A stretch of DNA of 64,000 nt from Lophium mytilinum (Eukaryota), in NCBI GenBank assembly GCA_010093605.1, contig MU004192.1, positions 814,882 through 878,881 of the forward strand, given 5' to 3'. A model generated the notes under the pieces. The model was not told the DNA's origin, searched no databases, and saw only the letters and a program-made list of their open reading frames with translations. Positions 63,656 through 64,000 of the stretch are shown here, in pieces. The position numbers were made by a program, and so were the translations under genes. The first letter of the stretch is position 1. Each line of letters starts with the position of its first letter.

Positions 63656-64000
63656 CTAGGCCTTCTCCTCCTGGACCTCTTCCTTCTCGTCGCCGCCCTT
63701 GGTCTTGACATAATCATCGTAAACACTCATAGCCTCCTGGACCTTGGCCCGGAGAGCTTCGTCATCACTCGTCCTAAACGGCTGTTAGCAATATACTCCT
63801 AGATCTTGAGATGTGCACTTACAGGTTGATCAGCTCCGCATTGTCCATCTCCAGAAGCATACCAGTGATCTTGCCGGCCAGCTCTGGCTGCTGCTCGTAG
63901 ATCTTAGGGTAGAGCGCCTCACCCAGCATCTGCTTCTGTTGTGGAGGAGGAGCACTGGTGAGAGTGCCCATGTCGACACCAGCAGCTGGGGGTCCGGGAG
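63656..64000 (-). CDS. PAB1: Polyadenylate-binding protein, 3' end (MLLE/PABC domain); intron 63774-63822; truncated by the window edge
   Basis: Minus-strand translation [63 protein letters not shown]...EEKA*. Confidence 0.95.

Overview
Intron-containing eukaryotic DNA from a filamentous ascomycete (Pezizomycotina; GT-AG introns with CTRAC branch sites). About 25 genes are supported. Housekeeping genes: Cdt1-like, ISW2, GET3, mitochondrial DEAD-box helicase MSS116/CYT-19, epsin, a four-finger C2H2 transcription factor, flavohemoglobin and the 3' end of PAB1. Accessory genes: two SDRs, an SRPK-like kinase, a PI-PLC-X-like protein, a frameshifted HET gene, a DUF2231-like protein, a CorA-tail protein, a CCCH protein, a secreted amidase, choline sulfatase and a small secreted Cys peptide. 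Two things stand out. (1) A compact three-gene unit at 30.2-34.5 kb. A five-exon gene, fragmented in the ORF track, encodes a full-length homolog of fungal luciferase Luz. It lies between a class II aldolase/adducin-fold putative decarboxylase and an FAD-dependent monooxygenase, echoing the luz-h3h pair of bioluminescent fungi, but no hispidin synthase is present in the window. (2) Non-coding repeats: a diverged 9-copy ~172-bp tandem array (46.0-47.5 kb) and a 107-bp tandem array (12.6-13.0 kb). The core of the 107-bp unit reappears at 59.7-60.3 kb and, inverted, at 62.8 kb, on either side of the flavohemoglobin gene. Gene models were spliced by eye and product calls rest on recalled motifs, not database searches.
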